Shown here: piece by piece, positions 1 to 12,561 of the stretch
Position numbering within the stretch: the first letter of the stretch is position 1
How the letters are laid out: every line of letters begins with the position of its first letter
Assembly: GCF_044704955.1 (NCBI RefSeq)
Contig: NC_091980.1
Location: 93,248,001 to 93,312,000 of the forward strand
Length of the DNA: 64,000 nucleotides
Source: Pristiophorus japonicus
Lineage: Eukaryota
Reading direction: 5' to 3'
Translations under genes and position numbers: made by a program
Notes under the pieces: model-generated
Database searches by the model: none
What the model saw: only the letters and a program-made list of their open reading frames with translations
Told to the model about the DNA's origin: nothing

Positions 1-1515
1 AGTCTCAGCAGATGTGCTGTTATAGTCTCTAAGGAGCTCAAACTCTGTAATTTAAAGATTTGACTGCATCACGGTATTATATTTGAACCTCGTAATGTAT
101 ACAGTAGTACAACACCTGTGGAACAGAAGTACTCTGTGTTTTGATTTACATGGAGTGATGAGATGAGGGTGTCCATCTGTGATTCATGAGATCATTGTCT
201 CTGCTGGGAGTCACCAAGCAGAGGTGAGAAACCTCATCACAGGAAGAGGGAGAAAACTGAAGGCAAGGTCAACTTTCGTGCACCTCCCAGCAGCCAGTTA
301 GTCACATTAGCAGAGGTTCTGGTGAGGGTGGCCTACCCACTCACTCGGCTAAGGAATGCTACATGGTGCAGTGGGGAAAAAAAAGGAAGAAAATTTGCTT
401 TACAAAGAAAAAAATACATTAAATGATACATTACATAATGCTGTCACTATAAGAGGTACATAGATTGTATCTAATGCAGTCAGTTTGTTCATGAGATAAT
501 GAGTTAAACCAGTTCTTGGTTTGGCATCTAATTAGAGTATCCATCTTGGCCTTCTAAAAATATTTATTGCTTTCTGTTAGATCAGAGATCAATGCAGTAT
601 TTAATGTATTGCAAAGAGCAAGTAGCCTAGCCATTATATTGCAATATATTCTCCTAAAATCCTCATATAATTAAACATAATTAGCACTCATTTCAGATAT
701 ATGTTGTACTGGCAGATATTTGCAGTATTACCTGTATTGTTACATTGTTTTATTGCAAATTAAAAAGAAAACATATATTTACTCAGAAAACATTGACGAT
801 AAATGTTTTCTTTATGGATTACAATCATACCCATACAGAAAATTTTATAATTCAGTATAAATTTTCAGTAAGAATATATACGTTTAGGGAGGGAGAGGGT
901 AGTGGGCAGGAGGGCAAGGGTGAATAAATAATTGTGCAAAGGTTGGAAATATAGTTGCAGCCGAAGGTTTTCACAATTCCTTTTGTTAACATAAGCAAAC
1001 ATGTATTTATCAAACAAACTCTTGAATGCACCACCAGAATATTTCTACTTCAATCTGCCTCATATGTGACATCATATTTTATACTGACAGACAGAATTCC
1101 CTGGGCTACAAGCCACATCAGGAATCCTCTGCTGCTGTTGCTTTGTTGCTTAAGGTTTGCAGGCTAAAAGAACATTATCGTTGAGAAAATGATTGAAAAG
1201 CTGCCAGATGTTGGGATGATTTCTGAAGTACTGTTCTAATTCTCCATCTGAAACAATGCACCCGAAGCAGACTGCACACTATATCAGTGCTTAATTCCTT
1301 TGTGAAACAAAATCAGAATGTTAAATGTATCCAATTTTGTGATTAGATGGTATTTAATGAATCCTGTTTGGAACCGAAACAATTTTGGAGAATGTTTCAG
1401 CTGAAAAATCTTTTATGACACGTAAAATGTTATCTTTAGTTCCTTAATACTTTGAAGAGAAATTGGAGTTGGTAAATGTTTCATGGAGCATTGACGGCAC
1501 ATGAAAATTCTATCA

Positions 1516-2269
1516 GGGTGAAATTGGGTATCGCCCCATTTGGGGCTTAACTTTTAAAAGTTTGAAAGATTAGCTCCAGGCGCTAATCGTTTCAAACTTA
1601 AAAAAAAAACAGCGTTTGCACTCCAAGAAGTGGAATGCTAATTCAAATGCTCCACCTCCTTCCTGGAGTGGAACTGGCAGCAGGATGGGCAGTGAGTTCA
1701 GCAGTGCTGCACACTGGGTCGTGCAGTGCTACCGCATTGAAAAGCTCCTTCCCTCCCTTAAACGGAAGGGCCATCGCTGCAAAGTCTGTAAAGTAAAACA
1801 AACTTACCTTCTCAACCACAGCTGCCGTGATCCCGCGTGATCAGCCCAGCACTTAAGCAGAGTGCCGGGCTGATCAATCATGGGCAGGAACCCGCAAAAA
1901 AAAGCTGCAAGAGAGAAGGTATTTTTTAAACCTTTTTTTTTTACTTATCTCGGCCACCTCGCTATTTAAGCATCGTGCCCGAAGCAGCCGGCCTCCCAAT
2001 GCATGCCTCCTGCAGCTGTTGGTGTTTTTGCCTGGCGCTGCTGCAGGGGGCAGAACTCAATTTCGGGTCCGGGACGCTACCAGGGTGGTGTGCACGGCGA
2101 TGACATCACGATTTCTCGAACTGGGCAATAATCCAGTCAAACTTGTCTCTTAGTGGATGGTATTTGGCACGAGATGCAGGCATTAAACAAAGCCCACTGC
2201 TAACAAATTAAGAGCTCCCCAAAGTAATAGCACCTGCGGCATTAGGAAAACAAACTCCTAATTCAGCCC
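1516..2269. mobile_element. Non-autonomous Harbinger-type MITE
   Basis: GC-rich block with imperfect inverted termini gggtgaaatt / aattcagccc; left end resembles the reverse complement of 52850-52880. Confidence 0.6.
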
Positions 2270-2624
2270 AACCTATTCTTTCCCTGTAGATTTATTATTG
2301 GATAAGCCCCAAAGTATATTTCAGACTGATCTAAATTTTGACATCTAAAGATTTGTAATTATATGCTTTGAAGGAGCTTTTCCAAAGAGATGAATTAGCA
2401 ATTTTAATACAAAACATTCTGCTAATAGTGTGGCAAACGTTTACATGGAGCCATGTTTCAGAGGGTTCTGTGTCAGAGCCTGAAATGGATCAACTGGCCT
2501 CTATGCTAACAGTAATTTTATTCTTTGGAATCCAATCTTTGTGGATATCCAATTGGGTTGAGACCTGCTGTTTGAACTGTAAAGAAATGTCTGAGGGTGC
2601 CAATGTTGTGGCAGGCTAGGGAGA

Positions 2625-2940
2625 CCGTTATGGGATTTTCGGTTTAGACCCAAAACGGGTGCGACATCGAGATGCCTTTAACTTCTGGTTAGGCCTCTCA
2701 ACACCTGGAAAAAGTGGCATTAACATGCAGTTTGTGCGTTTGTGCAATTGGGGTCCTACAACCAGCACAGAACCCTAATTGCACATTAAACAATCTATTT
2801 TGCTGAGCACCCATTTAAGGGACTGCCTGAAAATTGAATCAAGCTAGCAAGTGGGTGTACATGGTCCCCACCAAATTTCCCATTGCTGTTCACCCGTTTT
2901 TCAGTCAAGAAGCAGACAGTCAGTAGTTGAAAATCCCTCC
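2625..2940. mobile_element. MITE-like repeat, same family as 43984-44400 in opposite orientation
   Basis: Termini gggattttc / gaaaatccc; reverse complement of 2800-2940 aligns by eye with 43984-44125. Confidence 0.55.
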
Positions 2941-4480
2941 AGTGTCTTGGTGCACTATGTCAATATTTGACAGAATCAGATTTGTAGGGGTTGTGTAGAG
3001 GGAGGAACTAAAGTTTGATCTGATGAAAGCAGAATGCTCATTCCGAGCTTTAAATGGACAATCTGAAGCACAGCTTACCTCTTGCTAATGAATGTATAGA
3101 ATAATATTGATCCCCTACCAGGACACAAGCCTCTAAATACATTGCTTCTTACTAAAAGATGTACTAATTTACAATAAACAAAAGGGCTGGAATTACCTGT
3201 GAGTATGGTGACAGCATCCCAAGTGACTACAGCAGGAGAATAATAAAAGATAGCATTTAGTACAAATATATGGCAAGTATATTACACACATTGCCTTAAT
3301 CAAGGACAAATTGCATAGCAGAATACAAGGTGATGGATTACTGAGTGAGTTTCTCCCCCACTATAATAGTCAACCTCTTGTAAGTACATAACTTGTTTAA
3401 CACAATTTATTCACTTATCATGAATTCATAGATAAACCCTGTGTCATAAAATAGTTTGAATGTGTCGGATTCCATATATAGTTATTACTTTTAACTTGCT
3501 GTAACTCAGTAGGTTGTTCAAGTAACTGAAGCCATGCATCAGGTTACTGAAAAATAAAGATGGTAATCTTGGGAGGAATTCAATGAACAGGAGTAAATGG
3601 CTAAAACAGTTTAAAAGTGGTGTGGGAATTTCAATTACCATTCACTTAAGAAATATTCAGTTCAGTGGAGTTGACTCTATTATTGATTATAACCCCATTG
3701 CTGAGTGTACGGAATAATTTACAATTCAAGTTGAAAAAAAATACTCTTTTTCTCATGATCATATTTTACAGAATAAATAAGGAATAAAATGATAGAGGAA
3801 GTTCCTCAGAGCTGCTCCTGCTCCGCTGTTGTAACTGCGCTGGAAGGTTTCTGGAGAAGTTACAGTGGCGTCTCCAAGGAATTTCAAATTGTTGATGCAG
3901 TTTAAACTTATGAAAATGTTTTATCTTGTATAAAAGTTTCTTCTAATGCACTATTTCCAGAGGTACTCTCCAATCTATACAAGTCATTACCTGCACGTTA
4001 GATAAACTTAAGGAAAATAACATTAGTTAAGCAGCTGTCAACTGATTACCATTTATATGCTCCATAAGTTCTATGAAATATAAAAATCAGATTAGAAATA
4101 TACTTTCAAATTTAATAGTACAGCTGCTATGACATTTAATACTCTTCATGGATGCATCATTTTAAAAGTGTAATTGCTGCTTATATGCAAATTAGGATAG
4201 ACTGTTTTTTTTCAGATTCCAAGTTTTTGCACATCAAAAGATTTCAATGTAATTTTTTTAGTCAGAGGTGCTGAAGAATACAATGAGCAGGCAGAAGGAG
4301 ATACATTATTCATTACTACTGTTACCTCCCACTGGTGGCATTTCAAGGTAAACAATAGGTAACATGATGAAAGCAAGTCAGACCACCAGCGTTGTGTAAT
4401 GTTTGAATCAAACAAATGTTCAAATGGTAGGGAGGAATGAACATTCATGCAAAAATTAATTTTGCCCAGTTGCACAGTAC

Positions 4481-4636
4481 CTCCCCAATACTATGTCTTT
4501 CAAGTCTGTCTTCTGATGCGGATTTGAGATATGGCTCATAGGAAACCAGATCAGGACGCTGAACATCATAGATAGTTTTAACTTTGGGCAGAGCGGCCAG
4601 ATCCCTATAGTCAAGTATTTCATTATCCACCTTTGC
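4481..4636 (-). CDS. ABLIM3: ABLIM3 coding exon
   Basis: 156-nt exon, ctcag acceptor and gtactg donor; AKVDNEILDYRDLAALPKVKTIYDVQRPDLVSYEPYLKSASEDRLERHSIGE, the conserved ABLIM/dematin-family segment. Confidence 0.95.
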
Positions 4637-5841
4637 CTGAGATGAGGATAGTGGAAAGAGGAGAACAGAGGGAATCAGAAGAAAACGTTAGATGCAAAGA
4701 TACTGATAATAGAAAGAACACAGTTTAAGTAATTCGTTGCTGATTAATTTCTGACACAGTTACGCCCAGATATTAAATGCTGTTTTATGCATAGATAGCA
4801 TTGTTAGATTTTTAATTGGAAAAAAGAAACAAAGAAATCCTGTAATATTGCAGTGAAAATGAGCTGTAGACCAATGTTGCTTTAAGTTGGGGAAATCATT
4901 ACACTGAGTGATCATCCCTTCGGAAGAATGGTTATTTGCAGCTTGTGATACCCTTTCTGTACTGCGGGGAATACAATAAATCAATGACCTTAATTGTAAA
5001 TGAATGGAATTGCAGAATGTGATCTCCAAAACATTTTTAAATTCCACATAATAAAAATTGAACTTAACTTATTCAGCCACAATATATTAATGGCCCTGGC
5101 CATGGACATTACAAAGGACAGTTAGACTCATTATATAGAATAGGTTCTGTCCAAAACTCCTTTCAATGACAATATCAAGAAAAGTGACCCACAACTTCTG
5201 ATTTCACCTTAGCAACAAGAGCTTAACCTGCAGGCCACAATCCCAGATTGGCTGGCATCGACACCTGAAAAATCCACTGATGCAATATGGGGTTGAGCAT
5301 CTTTCAGTCATCTTTGGGGCATGAGATATAACCCTGTGAAATTGATCCTTTTGCCTCTGGGCGGATATGGGGTACACTGAGTCCTATTTCTTGTCCATGG
5401 TTTTTATCTGGTACGTCGAGAAATGTGTTTGGATAGTGTCAGAAAGTTAGTAGCCAATTTGACCCTCTCAATAGGGGTGAATTAACATCTCAAGTGATAT
5501 CCTAAGCAATATCATTACTAACTCCTCAGGACCCATATCACAATATCTGTAATAGTGATCTTGCTATCTCAAGATTTCAAAGCAGCAGTATGTGGACAAG
5601 GTTCTCTTGTTCATAAGCATCAGCAGCAGATATTGATAGTTGTCCACAAGGTTATTTGCAATTAAACTTGGTGTGGCAAATGACCTAATATTGCACTAGT
5701 TTATGGATCAGGTCTTTCTATTGCTCTCCAAATGCTCCATCATCTCCTGAGTGAGATTTGTATCTCAAGTCATTCTGCCATGCAGCCCTCAGGGCTGTGT
5801 TTCGGGGCATGTCTTTTGAGTATACTAATGACAGATTTAAT

Positions 5842-6517
5842 GGCCCTGAAATTCCGTCTGACCTCTTCCCGCGGGGAAACGACCCCAAAAAAGCAAAAAT
5901 ATATGCGCTTGCGACTGGTCCGAACTTCCGAGCCTGAGGCCCAGAGGTGACTGTGTGCGCAGCTCGTGCACATGGGGACGTGCGCAGGCCGGGATCTAAT
6001 GACAGCAACCAATCAGGTACAGTATAGTTTCTCATTCATAGCAATAGGAGTTCCGTAACTCCTATTGCTATGAATGAGAAACCCCCCCAACACTTAAAAA
6101 AACAATTAAAAAATAGAAAATAAAGTACACAATTAACATGCATTTAAATTAAAGATGTTATAAAAAAATAGTTTTCCGACTTTAAAAAAAAACATTTTTA
6201 TTAACACTTAAAATAAACTTACCGTCATGGGGAGGGTTTTTAAACATAAAAAGTGCTTTTATAACTTTATTTTTTATTTGTATGTGTATTTTTAACCACG
6301 TGTGCCTGTAAAAGTAGGCTATATGCCTGCTTTTTCAGGCGCAGGATTTTAAAGGACTTTTGCAGGGCAAGATATTCGCAAATCTTACCCTGCAAGTGTC
6401 CTCGTTCCCGAGATGCGGCCATCTGTCAAGATCAAAAGCTTGGAAACCGGCTTTTGCGATGCCTTCCTGGGTCCGGAGGAACTTCTTACGGACCCGGGAC
6501 ATCAGAATTTCCGGACC
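5842..6517. mobile_element. Harbinger-type MITE with internal perfect hairpin
   Basis: TIRs ggccctgaaattccg / cagaatttccggacc; internal 26-bp perfect stem at 6027-6082. Confidence 0.7.
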
Positions 6518-7457
6518 ATTCTGTTCTTGTCATGTTCTACAAATAAATCTTCCAGGCTGTCGAGGGAATTCAAGGACCTCACCTAGTGCGTGCTAGGTTA
6601 GGAGAGCAGAAATAATTCTGAGGAGAGGGTGGACACATCATTGACCTCCTCAAATAGTTTTAGGCAGATACGAATTTATAGATTCCCTATATGCAGTATC
6701 TCCTAGTAACCTTTTTTGCAAGTTTAGACTGTTGAGTTTATTTTTAAAGCTTTGTTCTGTGACAGTTTGTGACAGCTTGAATTGATTTTCCTTCCAAAGC
6801 TTCTCTATCTGCTGAAAAGAATTGGAACTATTAATGACTGGATTAGCTGCCCAGACAGAGGTTAGAACTCATGTTGACAGAAATGAAGAAGGGTGGGGGA
6901 GAGGAAGGTTACTTCTGTTACATTAGCAACTGTAACAACAGGGGGGAAAGAGGTTGTGTCCAAAAGGGATACGAGTGTAGACCATCATAGATGCTGTAAA
7001 TGGTTTTGTGACCAGCACTATTTGTGTTCTGGATATAGTTTGGATTCTCTAGGTAGTTAGCTTGTTTAAATTGATTTGAGCAATAAAGCTTTCATGACTG
7101 ATGACTATAGTCTATGGGCTCAATTTTCCCCAAAGCCGTTTCTATGCGAATTGCTATGCCCTTTTTATTGGCCTCGACTACTCCAAGAAAATAACTTGCA
7201 ACTTGCCCCATTCTAATTTCTGAAATTGACGCCACAAAGCCTGTCCTTTGGCTTCAGGGCGTGGAGCCTAATGTCTGCGCCGAAAAAACAATGTCCCCCC
7301 CTTCTGCGCATGCGTGGAAAAAAAGGAGTTTTTTTACAAGACTGCTATGGGCATGCATGCCCAGTACACATCCTGGTCTGCATTCAGCCATTTTTAAAGA
7401 GCCAGTTGTGTGTGAGAACTTTAATTCTCAGTGGAAAAATCGGAGCTGAAATACAAT

Positions 7458-8915
7458 ATGCAACGCAGCTCAAGGACCAAGAATTTCTCACACGATGAAG
7501 TGAAGGCACTACTTACTGTAATTGAGGTCAGATGGCAGGAGCTGGACACCAGCAGAGGTCACATAAAAGATTCACCAAAAGAAATGAAGAAACACTGGAA
7601 CCAACTTGCAGAAGATTACTGTGCAATGGTGACCACCCCGAGGTCTGGAGGCCAGTGCAAGAAGAAGTGGCAGGATCTTGGTCAAGTAGTTAGTGTAAGT
7701 GATATTTTCATTTATTCATTGGAATTGCAATTATAAATGTGACCTTCTGTATATGTCCCACCCAGCAGAAAGGCACCCTCTCTTAAAAAGTTATGTTTTC
7801 ATCTTTGCAGAGGAAGGTGGCACACAACAAAACGGAAAGAACTCGAACAGGAGGAGGCCTGGCAAATCTATACCCACTGACACCCTTGCTTTGATGGGTC
7901 CTGCCTGGAGAAAAGCAATCACCACTGCACAAGCTTGGCCCACACTGGAGGAAGAGGATAAGTCCTGCAAATTCCACAGTCTGGCTTTGCTAAATGTTAA
8001 GTACTGCGCGGGCTAGCCATGCTTCGGTTCCTGGGGATGTCTTCATCAGCTATGTTTCGATTGATGCAACATGCTATCATTCATCATGGTCCTTCAAATG
8101 AGCCTGCTGCCTGCACTGTGTCAGCCTACTCATGCCACCCTGCCCCCTCCTCTGCTGCTAACTATTAGTCTGTTCTGTTATATTTTGCAGAACTTGAGGC
8201 CAACACTGATGAGGCTGAAGCCGATGCAGAAGAAGATTCAGACGCGGACGAGCCTGAAGAGGAGAACATCTTCCAATCCCACCTTCCAGACCAAGAGCAT
8301 GGGGGGGAGGGGGAGGGGCAGGGGGAGGGAATGGATGAAGCTCCCACTGTTGTACTCACTCTGGAGGAGGTGCAGGTGCTGCCCATTGAGGTGCCAGGCC
8401 CTTTCCTGAGTGGTACACGTGTTGGGACATTTCATGGTTTCTCACAGTCTGAGGCTGGGGATTCCAGTGGGGTGCAGCGAGGCACACCCATGGCCCCACC
8501 GTCCAAGGCTGCGGGTCCCAGTGGGGTGCAACAAGGCACACCCGGGGTGAGGAGGAGAAGGAGAGCTCGGCAGTCCTCTTGCAGGATCGAACAGATGTGG
8601 TTCAGATGATGGCAATGAATGCGGAGAGCATTGACCTTACACGATCACTCCTGGACACCATCAATGGGGTGGGTGATGAGGTATTGGGACTGTTGGGAGA
8701 AGTAACAACACTCTCACGAGAAATGGGAACACTGTCCAGGCGCGAGGGAGGGAATGTCGCAGGCAGCTGATACACTGTCGGTGCACATGAGGGAGGGAAT
8801 GTTGGAGGTAGCTGATACACTATCAGGGCATATGAGGGAGGGAATGTCGGAGTTAGGTGCTGCAATAAGGGAACACGCCCAGACCCTGTGGCCATTGACA
8901 GAATCAACTGCCAAT
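7458..8915 (+). pseudogene. Harbinger Myb/SANT-like DNA-binding protein gene, 3 exons
   Basis: Exon 1 MQRSSRTKNFSHDEVKALL...WNQLAE...QCKKKWQDL, donor gtaagt at 7695; exon 2 from 7811 RKVAHNKTERTRTGGG; acidic exon 3 from 8191; second donor looks mutated and frameshifts are present. Confidence 0.8.
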
Positions 8916-9081
8916 TTTACATTATAACTGAATCAGTCCCATTTTATTGTTCCATTATTTACACAACTTTTTGAACTAAAGAAGAATCATTTCCATTATT
9001 TCTTCCATTAACACAACACAACATTACGGAACAGGTCCAAACAGTAAACATGGTCCATTTGGAATAGTTGCCGCTGAGCCT

Positions 9082-9694
9082 TCAGGCAGCAAAGTGTTCA
9101 TGGCTGAGCTGCTGGTGCAAGGCTTGAGCAATCATTGAAGGGGCCTGACAGCCTGCCCTCCTCCGCTGTCGTGCTCCGGGTTCATGGCTTCCTCGGCCTT
9201 CTTCTCTTCCTCCTCACCTCAGGTGGTTGTTCTACTACCAGCTGCTGCTGCCTCATGATGGCTAAGTTATGCAGCATGCAGCACACAACAGTGAATTGAC
9301 CGACAATCTCAGGGGAGTATTGCAAGTAGCCTCGGAATGGTAAGGCATCGGAAATACTGTTTCAATATGCCAATGGTCTTCTCTATGACCCCCTCTGTGG
9401 ATCACAATGTGTGACATGTTGTATTCCCGGTCAGCTTTCGTCCGGGTTACGAGTAGGGGCGTCATGAGCCAGTTGGCAAGTCCATGCCCTTTGTCTCCTA
9501 GCAGCCAGCTCTGCCCGTCTGGCTGCTGCTGAAACATGGCAAATATAGAGCTCTCGCTGTGGATAAGGCTTCCTGTCCATCATCCTACGTGCTCTGAGGT
9601 TCCTCATGTGATGACATCGAATCAATCAATTCATCCGCAGCACCATCATGCAGAAGGCTTGCACAAGGTATGGCATTGTCAATACTTCCCCCAT
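9082..9694 (-). pseudogene. Harbinger (HARBI1-like) DDE transposase remnant, internally deleted
   Basis: N-terminus ...RKPYP joined directly to WLLGDKGHGLANWLMTPL...EYNMSH; C-terminus LHQQLSHEHFAA*; the GAIDCTH region is missing. Confidence 0.8.
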
Positions 9695-9761
9695 AATTAA
9701 ATTGTAACTTCGCAAGAAGCTCAAAACAGCAGGACAAGGAGTTAAAGCTTCTCTCCTCTCT

Positions 9762-10647
9762 CTAAGCTGGGTGGCAGTGCGAGCTGCGAGGAGGATGCTC
9801 AGAGGCTACAGGGGGACTAGGACAGGTTAGGTGAATGGGCAAATGCATGGCAGATGCAGCATAATGTGGATAAGTGTGAGGTTATCCACTTTCGTGGCAA
9901 AAACAGGAAGGCAGATTACTATCTGAATGGTGTCAGATTAGTAAAAGGGGATGTGCAACAAGGCACCAGTAATTGAAAGTAAGCATGCAGGTACAGTAGG
10001 CAGCAAAGAAAGCAAATGGCATGCTGGCCTTCCTAGCGAGGGGATTTGAGTAGAGGAGCAGGGAAGCCTTACTACAGGGCCTTGGTGAGACTACACCTTG
10101 AGTGTTGTGTGCAGTTTTGGTCTCCTAATCTGAGGAAGAACATTCTTGCTACTGAGGGAGTGCAACGAAGATTCGCCAGACTGATTCCCGGGATGGCAGG
10201 ACTGACATATGAAGAAAGACTGGATTGATTAGCCTTATATTCACTGGAATTTAGAAGAATGAGAGGGGATCTCATAGAAATATATAAAATTCTGATGGGA
10301 TTGGACAGGTTAGATGCAGGAAGAATATTCCCGATGTTGGGGAAGTCCAGAACCAGGGGTCACATTCTAAGGATAAGGGGTAAGCCATTTAGGACTGAGA
10401 TGAGGAGAAACTTCTTCACTCAGAGAATGTGAAATTCTCTACCATAGAAAGTTGTTGAGGCCAGTTCGTTAGATATATTCAAAAGGGAGTTAGATGTGTC
10501 CCTTACGGCTAAAGGGATCAAGGGGTATGGAGAGAAAGCAGGAATGGGGTACTGAAGTTGCATGATCAGCCATGATCATATCGGTGGTGCAGGCTCAAAG
10601 GGCCGAATGGCCTACTCCTGCACCTACTTTCTATGTTTCTATGTTTC
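9762..10647 (+). mobile_element. CR1 LINE, 5'-truncated, nested in Harbinger copy 1
   Basis: RT C-terminal sequence (LVRLHLECCVQFWSP), 3' UTR and (tttctatg)n tail. Confidence 0.9.
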
Positions 10648-11699
10648 TTCTCCCCAAGGTCGACGCCCTAGTATGGACCACATCCTGGTCTGCGCATGTG
10701 CAATAAGCTTGCTTAGAATGGGAATCTAGGCATTCCTGTTCAATGAGGACATTTAGAGCAACAAAGTCGAATGCAATTCTTTAATTTTAGATTTTTTTCC
10801 AAAGTACCACCGCACCACTGACCAATCGTCTCCTCACTGGGCTCGAGGTTCGAGTATCGCTCCCTCGCCCGGAAACAGGGTCTCGGCTTCCACTCCACCC
10901 ACCCCCCAGGGGCTTCTTTTGAAGCCGAGCCCCGAGCCCTTGTGTCCGGGTGAGGGAGCGATTCTGCTGACCGATGCTTCAACCTTCGAGCCCGGTGAGG
11001 AGATGTTCGGTGGTGGAGTGTTACTTTGAAAAAAAATCAAAAATTAAAGAATTACATTAGACGACCATTTTCTCCCTTCTGACTTTGAAAAAATTAAGCT
11101 TCATGATGCATATTCTTTGTCTTCTTGACTCCCTCCAAAACTTTGCCTAACAACAATGGCGTCTTTCTGTGCCGATTTTTTAATGTGTGCTGTTTTTTCT
11201 TCAGTGCCCGGAAGGTTTTTTGGGAGTCGTCAAATGTAAGTTGGCCAAACTTGCTTAAATGTGAAAAACTGGCACAAACATCAGGTTACGCCCCCATGAC
11301 ACAAAAAAAACTAACCTAAAAAAATCATAACTAACTGAGTTACGCTGGCGCAGAAACTTTTGGGGAAACTTGGATATTTTAATTTACGCCAAAAAAAGTG
11401 GCGCGTGCCAAAAAACCATTGTAGATAACTGGGGAAAATTGAGCCCTCTGTTTCTGTGTACAACAATTAGTTATATACACAATTCAAGAACAGGATGATC
11501 TGTATTTTGGGGAAGGGGAGGGACTGTTGTCCGTGCTGAGATGAGATCCTCAAAGTATGCTCGTGAGCTGGTTTGGAAAAATAGAATTTAATTTTATAAA
11601 ACTGATGTTAAGTGGATTTCCCTGCTATTTCATTTAGATTTTTGATCAGATTTCACTGTGCTTAGTTAGTTCTAGTTCCAGATTGCCAAAGGTACTTAC

Positions 11700-11774
11700 A
11701 CAGATGACCCGGTTAGGTGATCCTGAAATGCTGGATCCAGGAGGAGAGATGGAAGTTTCAGAGGTACGTCTGTG
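11700..11774 (-). CDS. ABLIM3: ABLIM3 coding exon
   Basis: 75-nt exon, ttacag acceptor and gtaagt donor; HRRTSETSISPPGSSISGSPNRVIC, resembling ABLIM3 rather than ABLIM1/2. Confidence 0.95.
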
Positions 11775-12139
11775 CTGTAAAAGCATAAAAATGTGATAAC
11801 ATTCATGATATGTTTTCATGCATCCAGTAAAAGATATTACACATCGCCGTGGGTTAAAAACTTACAGCCTTACAAAAAGTTCTCGTTAAATGTTTGTTAT
11901 TTGAACGATTCCTAAAGGCAACATATGTGTTAACTCTATATGAAATCAGCTGCACTATGTTATGACAAATTGGACACTACATGAGATTGAACTATTTATG
12001 CAGTCCATGTAGTTTTATTGGCATCACTCATTGTCATTGTTGGAACTTTATGTTAGCATACATTTGTGAAATGTTTCCTAGTCACCCATTGTTACTTATT
12101 TCCCTTTCCTGTGAGCATGTCATGCATGTATGCTTTTGC

Positions 12140-12140
12140 G

Positions 12141-12172
<32 letters not shown>
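12140..12172. repeat. (CT)n microsatellite
   Basis: Direct reading. Confidence 0.9.
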
Positions 12173-12173
<1 letters not shown>

Positions 12174-12437
12174 GTTCTCACTTTTGAGCAGTTCCTTTTC
12201 CAGCTCTGTCATTTTGCTACATTTGGCTTGCTGGCTTTTTATTGAAGCCTCTCTGACCTCTCGAATACTGCATATCTTGTGGAGCTTTCCAATATGGGCA
12301 GTGAACTAGCTCAATACAAATCGAGTGCGACTGCCCTCCAAAAACCTGAGCACTGTAACATGATTGAATAATCACCTCTCCCAAATCTCTGCAAGAGAAA
12401 GATACAGCACACTTTGAATGCAAACCATTTTGGCACC

Positions 12438-12561
12438 AGTTCTGACAAAAGGTCATCGACTTGAAACATTAACTTTGTTTCTCTCTCCTGATCTGCTGAG
12501 CATTTCTAGCATGTTCTGTTTTTATTTCATACTTCCAGCATCTGCAAAATTTTGCTTTTGC
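12438..12561 (+). mobile_element. Penelope-type terminal fragment with degenerate hammerhead-like core
   Basis: ttctgacaaaaggtcatcgacttgaaacattaac..., homologous to the arms of 43103-43365. Confidence 0.55.

Larger units (their letters stand above)
7116..11446. mobile_element. PIF/Harbinger DNA transposon (decayed), copy 1
   Basis: Perfect 17-bp TIR gggctcaattttcccca / tggggaaaattgagccc enclosing convergent Myb/SANT and transposase genes. Confidence 0.9.
6522..11492 (+). mobile_element. Putative solo LTR (6522-7115 plus 11447-11492) split by the Harbinger insertion
   Basis: Begins tgttcttg and ends caagaaca (TG...CA, 8-bp inverted ends); aataaa at 7082; no TSD found. Confidence 0.4.

Noticed and set aside
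3991-4006. Candidate ABLIM3 microexon (ttaag...gtaatg on minus)
   Set aside because: At 16 nt it would shift the frame, and it does not match the expected next ABLIM3 peptide.
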